Assembly: GCA_029571125.1 (NCBI GenBank)
Contig: JAKPTH010000283.1
Span: 1 to 50,963, forward strand
DNA length: 50,963 nucleotides
Reading direction: 5' to 3'
Source of the DNA: a bacterium
GTDB lineage: Bacteria > Muiribacteriota > UBA9980
The notes under the pieces are model-generated. The model was not told where the DNA came from, did no database searches, and saw only the letters and a program-made list of their open reading frames with translations. The position numbers and the translations under genes are program-made. Positions within the stretch are counted from its first letter, which is position 1; the number at the start of each line of letters is the position of its first letter. Of this stretch, positions 37,019-46,001 are shown one piece after another.

Positions 37019-38602
37019 ATGAAAAGAATTATCTTTATGGCTTTTGTTTTTATATCGTTTTCATCAGGTGCGGCCTTCGCCTCGGCGTCGCAGGAAATTA
37101 ACCTGAAAGCCGGTTTTAATTTCATTGCGTTCACGCTGAAACCTTCGCTTTATCCTTCGCAATTTATCCAGCAATACTCTTCAGTAGAGGACATATATTC
37201 ATTTAATGCGGCGTCGGGCAGTTTCATGAGCGTGTCAGAAGGCACTATCGCGGCGCTTAACGCCGGCAGGGGATATATAATTAAATCAAAGACTGCCGAC
37301 GCGATAAAAGTAGAAGGTGCCGACGCCGGTCCGGCCGGCGATATACCCATGAAAGCCGGTTTCAATCTTATCGGAATTTCCAGGCCCGTCGCCGATCTCA
37401 CATTTTACGCTCTGATGGCCGCTAATGCCTCGCTCAGAGGGCTATACAAATTCCACGCGCCCTCCGGCTCGTTCATTCAGGTCGTCAGAAACGCGTCCGG
37501 CGCGGTGGAATTGCTCGACGGAGCAAACCCGGTTTTTACCGCCGGGCAATCATATTTTTTCAACATGGTTTCCGATAATACTATAAACTGTGATTCAGGG
37601 GAGATAAAGCTCGGCCCCGGTTACAATATGCTTTCGTCGATAGCCCTGAGCGTGAATTCGGGCGCGGTGAAATCTTCGTCCGATTTCGAGCTGAGCAACG
37701 TCATAGTCACCGCAAGCTATAGCGACATCGAAGCTAAAACGGTTACGCCGGTATGGACGGTCAAATCGGGCGGCGGCGTTGTCAGCGCGACAAAATACAC
37801 TCCTTCCGGGGCCGCAGAAACGGTCGTTTTAACCGCGGCATATACCGAAGGCCCGTTTACGGCGTACGCCGACTTCACTCTGACGGTAAATTCGAATCCG
37901 GGCCTGACCGGCTGGTGGAAGTTCGAAGAAGGCGCGGGAACGCTCATCAACGATTCGAGCGGAAATTATAATTTCGGCTTTTCGGACGGCGGCGCAACAT
38001 TCGTAGCCGGGGTCGCCGGCAAGGCTATAAAGCTCGACGGCAGCGGCTCCGTACTGTTTCAGACGACGCCTTCCATAGATATGGTCAACGATATGACCGT
38101 TTCGTTGTGGGCGAAGATCGATCCGGCATCCGCTCCTATGGGGACCATCATATCGAAAGGCCATACCGCCGCCAATGGAAACCACGGCTGGGTTTTTCGC
38201 GTATATTCCGACACGCTGAAGGGCGAGGCCGAATTTTTCGGCGGCATCGACGGCAAATGGCAGTCGGTCACTTTCGCCGGCATGAACCCGCCCGACAATT
38301 CCTGGCATCTTCTAACAGGCGTCAAGAGCCGTTCGGGAATGTTCGCTTATGTGGACGGGGCACTGCGCGGCTCGAACCCTTCCGCCGTAAACGATTTTAC
38401 CAGCGTTTCGGATTTCTTCCTGGTTGTCGGGGCCGATTCGGCCAACGGCGGAAGGTTCATAAAAGGCGTCTTTGACGAGGTCAGAGTCTATAACTACGCT
38501 CTTTCCGCCGGAGAGATACAGCAATATTACAACGCCACAAAGCCGGCCGGCACGGCGACTTATGCGCCAGCGTTCAACGATGCTCCCGCCTCTGCCCGTT
38601 AG
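37019..38602 (+). CDS. Secreted protein with N-terminal duplicated KAGFN module, Ig-like linker and C-terminal LamG-like jelly-roll domain
   Basis: Signal peptide; GWWKFEEGAG...DSSGN, TVSLW, WHLLTGV, YVDG, GVFDEVRVYNYALS..EI..YY. Confidence 0.9.
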   Translation: MKRIIFMAFVFISFSSGAAFASASQEINLKAGFNFIAFTLKPSLYPSQFIQQYSSVEDIYSFNAASGSFMSVSEGTIAALNAGRGYIIKSKTADAIKVEGADAGPAGDIPMKAGFNLIGISRPVADLTFYALMAANASLRGLYKFHAPSGSFIQVVRNASGAVELLDGANPVFTAGQSYFFNMVSDNTINCDSGEIKLGPGYNMLSSIALSVNSGAVKSSSDFELSNVIVTASYSDIEAKTVTPVWTVKSGGGVVSATKYTPSGAAETVVLTAAYTEGPFTAYADFTLTVNSNPGLTGWWKFEEGAGTLINDSSGNYNFGFSDGGATFVAGVAGKAIKLDGSGSVLFQTTPSIDMVNDMTVSLWAKIDPASAPMGTIISKGHTAANGNHGWVFRVYSDTLKGEAEFFGGIDGKWQSVTFAGMNPPDNSWHLLTGVKSRSGMFAYVDGALRGSNPSAVNDFTSVSDFFLVVGADSANGGRFIKGVFDEVRVYNYALSAGEIQQYYNATKPAGTATYAPAFNDAPASAR

Positions 38603-38859
38603 CGCGTCATCGCCGGCACTCGCGGACTTATTCTCTTAACTCAAGGCACTTTCGCAGCAGCGCGCAATTCCGAATTATGATTCATCATCATTGAGAAGAT
38701 AATTCAAATGCTTTGAATCCGGGCTATTATCCGTTCAAAATTTAATTGACATTAAAGTGAAAAAGTTATATTATTTGCGAAATGAAAATCAGTTTTTGCG
38801 TGTATGTAGAAATCGCTATAGCTCTGACTGAATTGAAATAATATTATCAGGAGAAAACG

Positions 38860-40062
38860 ATGAAAAAATTATTATGGCTGGCGGTATTCATTTCATTGAT
38901 TATGGCGTCCCCGGCGTTCGCCGAAAACATGTTCGAAAAAATGAAAAGCTCCGCTGAGGCGGGAGACGCGGTTGCTCAATACAAGCTGGCAATGGAATAT
39001 TATAACGGCGATTACTTTCCTAAGGACCTGAAAAAATGCGCCGAATGGTGTGAAAAATCCGCGGCGCAGGGCTATGCCGGGGCCCTTATGCAGCTCGGAG
39101 TCCTTTATACTTATGGCGAGGGCGTACCGAAAGACCTTAAAAAAGCTTTCGAACTGGAGGAAAAGGCCGCCGTACAGGGTTATGACGTCGCCCAGTTCGG
39201 TCTCGGCGGCAAGTACATAAGAGGCGAAGGAGTGGCCAGAGATCCGAAGAAGGCCGTGGAGTGGCTCGAAAAAGCCGCCGCGCAGGGAAATCTCGGCGCG
39301 CTGAACGGCCTGGCGCTCGCATATTACGAGGGCAAAACCGCGGGCATCCCTAAAGACGCGGTCAGAGCTTACGCATATTTTGAGCTTTCAATCAAAAACG
39401 GGGACAAAAAAGAGCAAACAGCCGCTTCCATGAACGGTCTGCTTAAAACAATGAGCAAAACCCAGGCCGATGAAGCCCGGAAGATGAGCAAAGACATTCT
39501 CGATAAAATTGAAAATAACAGGAAAAATCACATAAAAGCCACGCCGGCGCGCAAAGTTCCGGCAAATGTTCCGCCTCCGCCAATAGTCGAGACTCGCGGC
39601 AATGATAATCAGATGAAAAAGGATATCGGCGCGAGCGTGCCGGCAGGCGCTAATTTCACGTGGAAGCCTTTTAAAATGGCTTTATCGAATAAAAAAATCG
39701 AAGACCTCAAGCTGCTTCTCGAAAAAGGCGTCGATCTGAAATTCACAAACCAGAACGGCGAGAACTGCATTTTCCAGTTGACGGCCGGAGTCATAGGCGG
39801 GGATAACGATGAAAAATCCGCGGTAATGGCCGGAATGCTCGTGGAAAAAGGAGCGGAAGTGAACGTCAAAAATAAATTCGGCCAGACTGCATTAATGATG
39901 GCCGCCAAATACGGAAACGTGCCTCTCATGAAGTTCCTGGTGGAAAAAGGCGCCGAGGTGAACGCCAGAAGCGATAAAGGCATGACGGCGCTGGGCTACG
40001 CGAAAAATGCCGGGCAGGAAGAGTCCGTCAAATATCTGGTTTCCGTGAATGCCGCAGAGTAG
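38860..40062 (+). CDS. Secreted Sel1-repeat plus ankyrin-repeat protein
   Basis: Signal peptide; four Sel1 repeats (AQYKLA..Y..G, KAAAQG); Pro-rich linker; ankyrin repeats (GQTALMMAA..G, KGAEVNA). Confidence 0.93.
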   Translation: MKKLLWLAVFISLIMASPAFAENMFEKMKSSAEAGDAVAQYKLAMEYYNGDYFPKDLKKCAEWCEKSAAQGYAGALMQLGVLYTYGEGVPKDLKKAFELEEKAAVQGYDVAQFGLGGKYIRGEGVARDPKKAVEWLEKAAAQGNLGALNGLALAYYEGKTAGIPKDAVRAYAYFELSIKNGDKKEQTAASMNGLLKTMSKTQADEARKMSKDILDKIENNRKNHIKATPARKVPANVPPPPIVETRGNDNQMKKDIGASVPAGANFTWKPFKMALSNKKIEDLKLLLEKGVDLKFTNQNGENCIFQLTAGVIGGDNDEKSAVMAGMLVEKGAEVNVKNKFGQTALMMAAKYGNVPLMKFLVEKGAEVNARSDKGMTALGYAKNAGQEESVKYLVSVNAAE

Positions 40063-40131
40063 TATAGGCGCCATTCGCATTTCGGGCAGTTAAAAATAGG
40101 CAGTAACAATTTCTTATATCAGAGGAGACAT

Positions 40132-40617
40132 ATGGAGCAATACCACCCCAAAAGAAAGCGGAATGAAATTATCGGCGAAGACGAGAAGAAGGCGCTTATC
40201 GCGCGTGGAACCTATATAACCATAGCCCTCTGCGACGATAAAGTCCCTTACGTCGTCACGATGAGCTATGGCTATGATCGCGAGCGTTCATGCCTTTATT
40301 TTCATTGCGCTAACAGCGGCGACAAGATAGATTTTATCAGCCGCAATCAAAACGCCTGCGGGACTATCATAAAAGACAACGGTTATATTGAAACGAAATG
40401 CGATCACGATTATGAATCGCTGGTAATACGCGGCAAGATGAATATAGTGAGCGAACTTGACGAAAAAAAGCACGGATTGCAGATTTTACTCAACCATCTC
40501 GAAAAAGACCCGAAGCCTATATTCGAAAGAAATATTAAAAGCGACCGCTCTTATGATTCGGTGACGATATTAAGGTTCGATATGGAATCTATAATAGGAA
40601 AAAAGCATATAGATTGA
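40132..40617 (+). CDS. Pyridoxamine 5'-phosphate oxidase / NimA-like flavin-nucleotide-binding protein
   Basis: PYVVTMSYGY, LYFHCA..G.K, YESLVIRG, GKK. Confidence 0.88.
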   Translation: MEQYHPKRKRNEIIGEDEKKALIARGTYITIALCDDKVPYVVTMSYGYDRERSCLYFHCANSGDKIDFISRNQNACGTIIKDNGYIETKCDHDYESLVIRGKMNIVSELDEKKHGLQILLNHLEKDPKPIFERNIKSDRSYDSVTILRFDMESIIGKKHID

Positions 40618-40618
40618 T

Positions 40619-41146
40619 ATGTTTAAAACGATACTCACAGCTATTTTTCTTGCAATAAATCTGGCGCTTCAGATCATCGGCCTTCCAAAACTGGCGACCG
40701 GAATTATCGTGAACGCGATTTATATATTTCTTTATCATTCATGCGGCCTCAGGCATGTTTTTATGCTGGCCGCCTTTACGCCGCTGCTCGCTTTTTTTAC
40801 GGGGCACCTTCCGCCGCCGCTTATTGCGATGGCGCCGTTCATAGCTATCGGCAATATCTTAATGGCGCTGTGCTATCATATAACGAAAAACAGGAAAACC
40901 GCCGTCAGAGCAGCGGTTCCGGCCATGGTCAAAGCGCTCGCCATAGCCGTTCCAGGCGTTTTTATCGCCGATAAGATCGGCCTGAATAATGCGGCGCTGC
41001 TTGCCGTTCACATTGTAATATCCATTCAATTTTTTACGGCCGTCCCCGGAATTCTGATCGGAGAATATATTTTCTTAAGATTGGCGCCGGCGCTCAGCCG
41101 GTATAAGGGCGCGGCAAAATCAATACCGCCTGAAGACACTCTTTAG
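40619..41146 (+). CDS. ECF transporter S component, substrate unknown
   Basis: Six hydrophobic segments; TGIIVNA, TP..A...G, PFIAIGN, QFFTA..G. Confidence 0.78.
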   Translation: MFKTILTAIFLAINLALQIIGLPKLATGIIVNAIYIFLYHSCGLRHVFMLAAFTPLLAFFTGHLPPPLIAMAPFIAIGNILMALCYHITKNRKTAVRAAVPAMVKALAIAVPGVFIADKIGLNNAALLAVHIVISIQFFTAVPGILIGEYIFLRLAPALSRYKGAAKSIPPEDTL

Positions 41147-41302
41147 TTTCCCTTAAACATCTTTAACTTCCTTTAACTTTTTTAACGTTCTTAAACTTTT
41201 ATTTTTTCGCTTTAAACCCGCATTCGTCTTAACTAAACCGTCTCCACAAAACCTGTTAAAAACCCGCTTTAAATTTATAATCATAAATTTTTTTATATAA
41301 AC

Positions 41303-41356
41303 TTGACATCCAAGGTACTATGTGCTACAATGTACTATAGAGTACACACAACCTTG
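41303..41356 (+). promoter_or_regulatory. Sigma70 promoter of the PadR operon overlapped by palindromic operator candidates
   Basis: TTGACA (41303-41308), 17 bp, extended -10 TGcTACAAT (41323-41331); inverted repeats GTACTATGT-gct-ACAATGTAC and TGTACT-atag-AGTACA. Confidence 0.8.
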
Positions 41357-41370
41357 AGGTGCATAGTAAC

Positions 41371-41715
41371 ATGAGCGACAACGAAAGCCTGGTTAAAAAC
41401 AAGATAAAAGAGCTTAGGAAAGGCGTTTTGGAGCTGGCCGTGCTCAAGATAATTTCGGACAGCGAGCGCTACGGGTACGATATTATAGAAGTTTTAAAGG
41501 ACGGTTCGCTCGCGACTTCCGAAGGAACTATTTATCCGCTTCTGACCAGACTGAAAAACGAAGGCCTTATAGTTTATAAATGGGAAGAATCCGACAAAGG
41601 CCCGCCCCGCAAGTACTACACAATCAGCGATAAAGGCCGGGATTTAATGGACGAACTTTTAGAGGAATGGCGCAAGATCGATTCAGGCTTGCGTAAAATC
41701 ATAGGAGGCAGATAA
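41371..41715 (+). CDS. PadR family transcriptional regulator
   Basis: LRKGVLELAVL, YGYDI, EGTIYPLLTRL, GPPRKYYTI; ATG 41371 follows GAGG. Confidence 0.95.
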   Translation: MSDNESLVKNKIKELRKGVLELAVLKIISDSERYGYDIIEVLKDGSLATSEGTIYPLLTRLKNEGLIVYKWEESDKGPPRKYYTISDKGRDLMDELLEEWRKIDSGLRKIIGGR

Positions 41716-43592
41716 TGAGAAATCTGATGGACTATTACACATTTACTAACGAAGCGCGAAAAGCCCTTGAAAATTTTTATGAAAGCATTAAGAGAGAAGG
41801 AAAGAATTATCCGGCGGAGGATATCGCGGAGCTTCTCGAATCGTTGAATGAGCATATTGAAATAGCAATAAAAGAAAAATTGAAATACTCGGGATCGCAG
41901 CGCATCGATGCGCAGATGGTTCTTGAAATATTATATTCTCTCGGCGATCCGGCCGAGATAGTTTCCGAGCTTGGCGGCTCATCCGAAGAGCGCGCCGAAA
42001 AAACCACCGAGAGGATAACCATAAAATATAAATATATACCTATCCAGAAAACGCTCTGCCGCTCTTCAAGAGACCGCTGGTTTTTCGGCGTTTGCGGCGG
42101 CTTCGCCGAATATTTCGGCGTTTCATCCCTGCTGATGCGTCTTCTGTTCATATTCAGCGGCGTCGGCATATTGTTTTATATACTGCTCGCTCTTCTGATT
42201 CCTGATGAAGCGCAGGCCAAAGCCGGCGGAAGAAGCGCAGGAGTAGATCTTATAGTTTCGGCCGTACGCGGGCTTTTCTTATTGTTCATGTGCATTATTT
42301 ATATTCCGGTGCTGTTCGGTTTTGCCGTGGCGGCCCTGGTATCGTTCAATACGCTGATCGGCGTCAATGCATTTTTCAAGGCGCCCTTCACCACGTTTAT
42401 ATTCGGAACCACATCGAGTTTCCTGCTCGGCTTTTTCGGGCTCATCCTGAGCGTTTCGGTTCTGGCTCTTTTGATCAATTTCATAATGCAGGCGCATTTC
42501 AGCGGCGGCTTTCTCAAGATAGGCTCCCGCAACGTTTACGCCTTCGCCATAGTCGCCTCGATCATCGGCATATCGATGGTATTCGGGCAGTTCAACAGAT
42601 ACAACAGATTTGCTGGCGAGTCTATCGAGCATTTCGAATTTGCTGCGCCCGCCCAATCGGTCAACATGGTATTCAACGAAAAAGAAACGGGCGCGCCCAT
42701 ATTCGATAAAAGCATCGAAATAGCCGGCGCAGAAGACGGAAGCGACACGATCCAGGTGGACGTGATAAAGACCGCATACGGCCCCAACGAAGACGCCGCG
42801 CGCGAGCATTCGAAAGACATGGACGTTAAAATCGAAATGCTGTCCGGCGACAAAATGTCGTTTCTGGTTTCGTCCAGAGACGCCGGCAGGAGCTACTACA
42901 CCTTTCCGAAGATGAAAATGAAAATCAGGGTTCCGTCCAGGCTCGCCTGCCGCGTTGAAGCCGACAATATAGAAAAAGACTGGCACAGCCAACTGCACTG
43001 GATGAATATCCGCGGCGAAAACGATCTGAGCGTTTCCAAACGCAAAGCCACTACCGAAATCGAAGTCAAAAACACCAACGTATCCGTCGAAGACATCGAT
43101 AGCGGCAAATTTTCGCTTACCGGCGCCAGCGGCAACCTCGTCGCCAGCAATGTCAAATCGGCCGAATTCGCCGTAGAGGTCACCAACGGCAACGTAAACG
43201 CCGAAAAGATCGAATCGAATAACTGCACGATCAAAAGCACCACCGGAAACATTAAAACAAGCGTAGTCAAGGCGGACGTCATCAAATGCGAATCTAACGT
43301 AGGCAACGTTTCGCTCTACAAAGCGTCGGTAAGCAGGGAATCGGTAATAAATTCCAATATCGGCAACATAAAAGTAAATTTCGACGCCCTGAAAAATAAA
43401 TCCACGCATCGTATATCCAGCGATGTAGGCAACGTCAGCCTGACGATACCCGAATCGGCGTCGCCGAAAATCGTCGCCAAAAGCTCCATCGGCAACACCA
43501 CCAACGCCTTCGACGACGCCAAATTCACCGACGAATCGCCCGTAGTTACAGTCAGCACCAACGTAGGCAATATCAGGATCAAAAAAGACTGA
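41715..43592 (+). CDS. HAAS-PspC-transmembrane-DUF4097 (Toastrack) envelope stress protein
   Basis: N-terminal L.EHI...LGDPAEI (HAAS-like); PspC LCRSSRDRWFFGVCGGFAEYFG...YILLALLIP; TM block; C-terminal beta-solenoid repeats (TNGNV, TTGNI, NVGNV, NIGNI); TAATG coupling to padR. Confidence 0.92.
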   Translation: MRNLMDYYTFTNEARKALENFYESIKREGKNYPAEDIAELLESLNEHIEIAIKEKLKYSGSQRIDAQMVLEILYSLGDPAEIVSELGGSSEERAEKTTERITIKYKYIPIQKTLCRSSRDRWFFGVCGGFAEYFGVSSLLMRLLFIFSGVGILFYILLALLIPDEAQAKAGGRSAGVDLIVSAVRGLFLLFMCIIYIPVLFGFAVAALVSFNTLIGVNAFFKAPFTTFIFGTTSSFLLGFFGLILSVSVLALLINFIMQAHFSGGFLKIGSRNVYAFAIVASIIGISMVFGQFNRYNRFAGESIEHFEFAAPAQSVNMVFNEKETGAPIFDKSIEIAGAEDGSDTIQVDVIKTAYGPNEDAAREHSKDMDVKIEMLSGDKMSFLVSSRDAGRSYYTFPKMKMKIRVPSRLACRVEADNIEKDWHSQLHWMNIRGENDLSVSKRKATTEIEVKNTNVSVEDIDSGKFSLTGASGNLVASNVKSAEFAVEVTNGNVNAEKIESNNCTIKSTTGNIKTSVVKADVIKCESNVGNVSLYKASVSRESVINSNIGNIKVNFDALKNKSTHRISSDVGNVSLTIPESASPKIVAKSSIGNTTNAFDDAKFTDESPVVTVSTNVGNIRIKKD

Positions 43593-43634
43593 CGCGCGAA
43601 AATATAAAGCGATAAAATAAATATCTAATAAATT

Positions 43635-43677
43635 AAACCGCATTCCAGTTGGTGCAAGCCACGGGATGCGGTTTTTT
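43635..43677 (+). terminator. Rho-independent terminator after the PspC/DUF4097 gene
   Basis: AAACCGCATTCC...GGGATGCGGTTT followed by a T run. Confidence 0.7.
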
Positions 43678-43698
43678 AAACTTTGTTTTTGGAGTTAG

Positions 43699-43729
43699 TG
43701 CCGGCAAATCGCTTAGCGATTTGCCGGCA
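43699..43729. repeat. Perfect 15-bp inverted repeat with 1-nt spacer
   Basis: TGCCGGCAAATCGCT-T-AGCGATTTGCCGGCA. Confidence 0.9.
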
Positions 43730-44035
43730 GCGAAAGCGCCAGAGTGAATTAACATGATGGTATTTGAAAAAGATAAAACAAATCAAAATAAATTGATGAA
43801 AAAATTCAAAAAAAACAAAATTAGTCACTACTGTCCAAAATAAGTTAAAAGTCTCCAATCGAATCAAAGTTTAATATATTTTTCGAGTTTAAAAATAGAT
43901 CTTTGAAAAATCCCACACCCTGTTTTTAATCGTTCTAAATTTGATTTCCCGGTCCGACAGTGTGCTGTTTGGACGCCTTAAGCTTCCTAAATAATAATAG
44001 ATACCGCATTTATTGTTATTCCTAAATTCCTTTTC

Positions 44036-44064
44036 TTTACATTCTCACTCGAATCGGTTATAAT
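44036..44064 (+). promoter_or_regulatory. Sigma70 promoter directly upstream of the radical SAM/SPASM gene (near-leaderless)
   Basis: TTTACA, 17 bp, TATAAT; ATG 9 nt downstream with no Shine-Dalgarno. Confidence 0.6.
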
Positions 44065-44073
44065 TGAATTAAG

Positions 44074-45468
44074 ATGAGCATCATAAGTAAAATTCTCAAT
44101 TACAGGCTCAACCGGTCGGTATTCAAATTCCGGCGGCCCGACCTCGTCGATGAACGGCGCGGCCGGACTTTGATGGTATGGAACGCGCAGGCGTACTGGA
44201 ATGTGATCGACAACGAGCTGAAGGAATTCGTCGGAGCGTTTGACGGCAGGCGGACGCTTCTCGAGATCGTCGAGTCGGCGCCGGCGTGGGCCGCGCAGTA
44301 CGATGCGATCGTCGGATGCGTTAAAGCTCTGGCCGGTAAAGGCGTTCTGTATTCGTCGGACGGCGCCGTTAAAAACGCCGCACCCGCGAGCGCGATCGAG
44401 AACGTGACCGTCAACGTCACCGGACGGTGCAACCTGAAATGCACTCACTGTTATTATAACGAAAAACTCAACCGCGGCGGGCACGAGATCGGCGGCGCCG
44501 ACGTCGCGCGCTTTCTGCGCGCCGTCAGGAAACACTGCGCCGAAAAGCCGGCGCTTTTCCTGCTGGGCGGCGAGCCCCTGATGGCGCGCGACAGACTCGA
44601 GCAGATTCTCGCCGAGGCCGCCGTGTCCGGATTCAGGACGAGCGTATCGACCAACGGAACGCTTGTCGACGACATATTTATCGACCTTGCGCTGAAGTAT
44701 AAATTTTCCGTCCAGGTCTCGCTGGACGGCCCCGACGCCGAAACCAACGACCAGGTGCGCGGAAGCGGCGCGTTCGCGCGGGCCGTCGCCGGGGTAAGGC
44801 GCCTCGCCGATAAGGGCGTCGAAACGATCCTTTGCATGACCTGCCACGGCGGCAATATCGAGCGCATCGAAGATTATTACAAACTCGCGCTCGGCCTTAA
44901 CGCCGCCGAAGCCAGGGTCATCCCGCTTAAGATGATCGGCAACGCCATGCATAAGAACATGACGCCCGCCGGCGTGTCGGCGATCGTCGAAAAATGCGCC
45001 GAATTGCTGGTTCGCCGCCCCGAATACCGCAGGCTGTCCAGGACCGACGCCCTGTCGATCATGCTCGAAACATGCCGCTACTCGCAGTCACGTGCGTCGT
45101 GCGGCTCCGGCACGCAGACCGTGCTGCTCGACGCCGATGGAAGCGTATATCCCTGCCTGAACACCAACTTCGATTTCCTGCGGATAGGAGGCGTCGGCGA
45201 CGCGGATTTTTCCTTCGACCGCGAATGGGCCGGCTCGAAGCCGCTGAACGAGTTCCGGCAAGATATTTCCTCGGACTGCGAGGCTTCCGAATGCCGCGGA
45301 TGCGGCGTGTGGAACTGGTGCCTGGGCGGCTGCCACGGCGAAACCTACATAATGAAAGAGTCTTTTGCGGCCAGGCCTTACAACTGCGAAGATCTGAAAC
45401 GCGCCATCGTAAATTGTTTCTGGCTGATATCGGAACACCCCTGCCTGACCGCAACCGAAAAGGATTAA
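44074..45468 (+). CDS. Radical SAM/SPASM domain protein with N-terminal PqqD/RRE-like region
   Basis: CNLKCTHC, GGEPL, TNGTL, SLDG..ND..RG.G.F; SPASM CGSG..VYPC..C..C.....CLGGC....C; N-terminal FDGRRTLLEI..L..KGVL. Confidence 0.93.
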   Translation: MSIISKILNYRLNRSVFKFRRPDLVDERRGRTLMVWNAQAYWNVIDNELKEFVGAFDGRRTLLEIVESAPAWAAQYDAIVGCVKALAGKGVLYSSDGAVKNAAPASAIENVTVNVTGRCNLKCTHCYYNEKLNRGGHEIGGADVARFLRAVRKHCAEKPALFLLGGEPLMARDRLEQILAEAAVSGFRTSVSTNGTLVDDIFIDLALKYKFSVQVSLDGPDAETNDQVRGSGAFARAVAGVRRLADKGVETILCMTCHGGNIERIEDYYKLALGLNAAEARVIPLKMIGNAMHKNMTPAGVSAIVEKCAELLVRRPEYRRLSRTDALSIMLETCRYSQSRASCGSGTQTVLLDADGSVYPCLNTNFDFLRIGGVGDADFSFDREWAGSKPLNEFRQDISSDCEASECRGCGVWNWCLGGCHGETYIMKESFAARPYNCEDLKRAIVNCFWLISEHPCLTATEKD

Positions 45469-45471
45469 ATT

Positions 45472-45963
45472 ATGAAAATAATCACTCAAAGCTCCACGCC
45501 GAAATTCCCGTTTTATTTGCACCTGGGCTACGTTTCCGCTTCGGAGAGGACGCCGGAGTATTTCGTCGCCGGCATGGCGGCGTTTATAGTGATGACGGTA
45601 TTTTTTCTTGTGCTCAAAGCGATAATGAAGGCTGTAAAAGCCGTCGGCCCGATGTTCGAGGTCGAACTCAACCGCCGCGGCAATCGGCTCTTCGACGCCG
45701 GAAAATACGGCGAAGCGCTCGAATGTTTCGATAAGGCCATCGCCAGAAATCCGCATTACGCCGACAGCTACTTCAATAAGGGCCACACGCTCGTCAAGAT
45801 GAGCATGAAAAACGAGGCGCTCGAAGCTTTTAACCGCTACCTCTCGCTGGCTGAAGACTCCGGCGCGATCGAGGCGGTCAAAGAGATCGTCGCCAGCCTG
45901 AGCGGCGCGGAGCCTGCCGAACGGACCGGCGGGACGGAGCCGGAAGGATCGCAAAAAAATTAA
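45472..45963 (+). CDS. Membrane-anchored TPR protein
   Basis: One TM helix, then two TPRs (GNRLFDAGKYGEALECFDKAIARNP; YFNKG..L.....EALEAFNRYL). Confidence 0.85.
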   Translation: MKIITQSSTPKFPFYLHLGYVSASERTPEYFVAGMAAFIVMTVFFLVLKAIMKAVKAVGPMFEVELNRRGNRLFDAGKYGEALECFDKAIARNPHYADSYFNKGHTLVKMSMKNEALEAFNRYLSLAEDSGAIEAVKEIVASLSGAEPAERTGGTEPEGSQKN

Positions 45964-46001
45964 TTTCATTATTAACGCTGGATATCGAAAGGAGAAGTTT
46001 T

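Noticed and set aside
42279-44952. Minus-strand ORFs of 454 aa and 321 aa
   Set aside because: Antisense to the PspC/DUF4097 and radical SAM genes, which have clear motifs.
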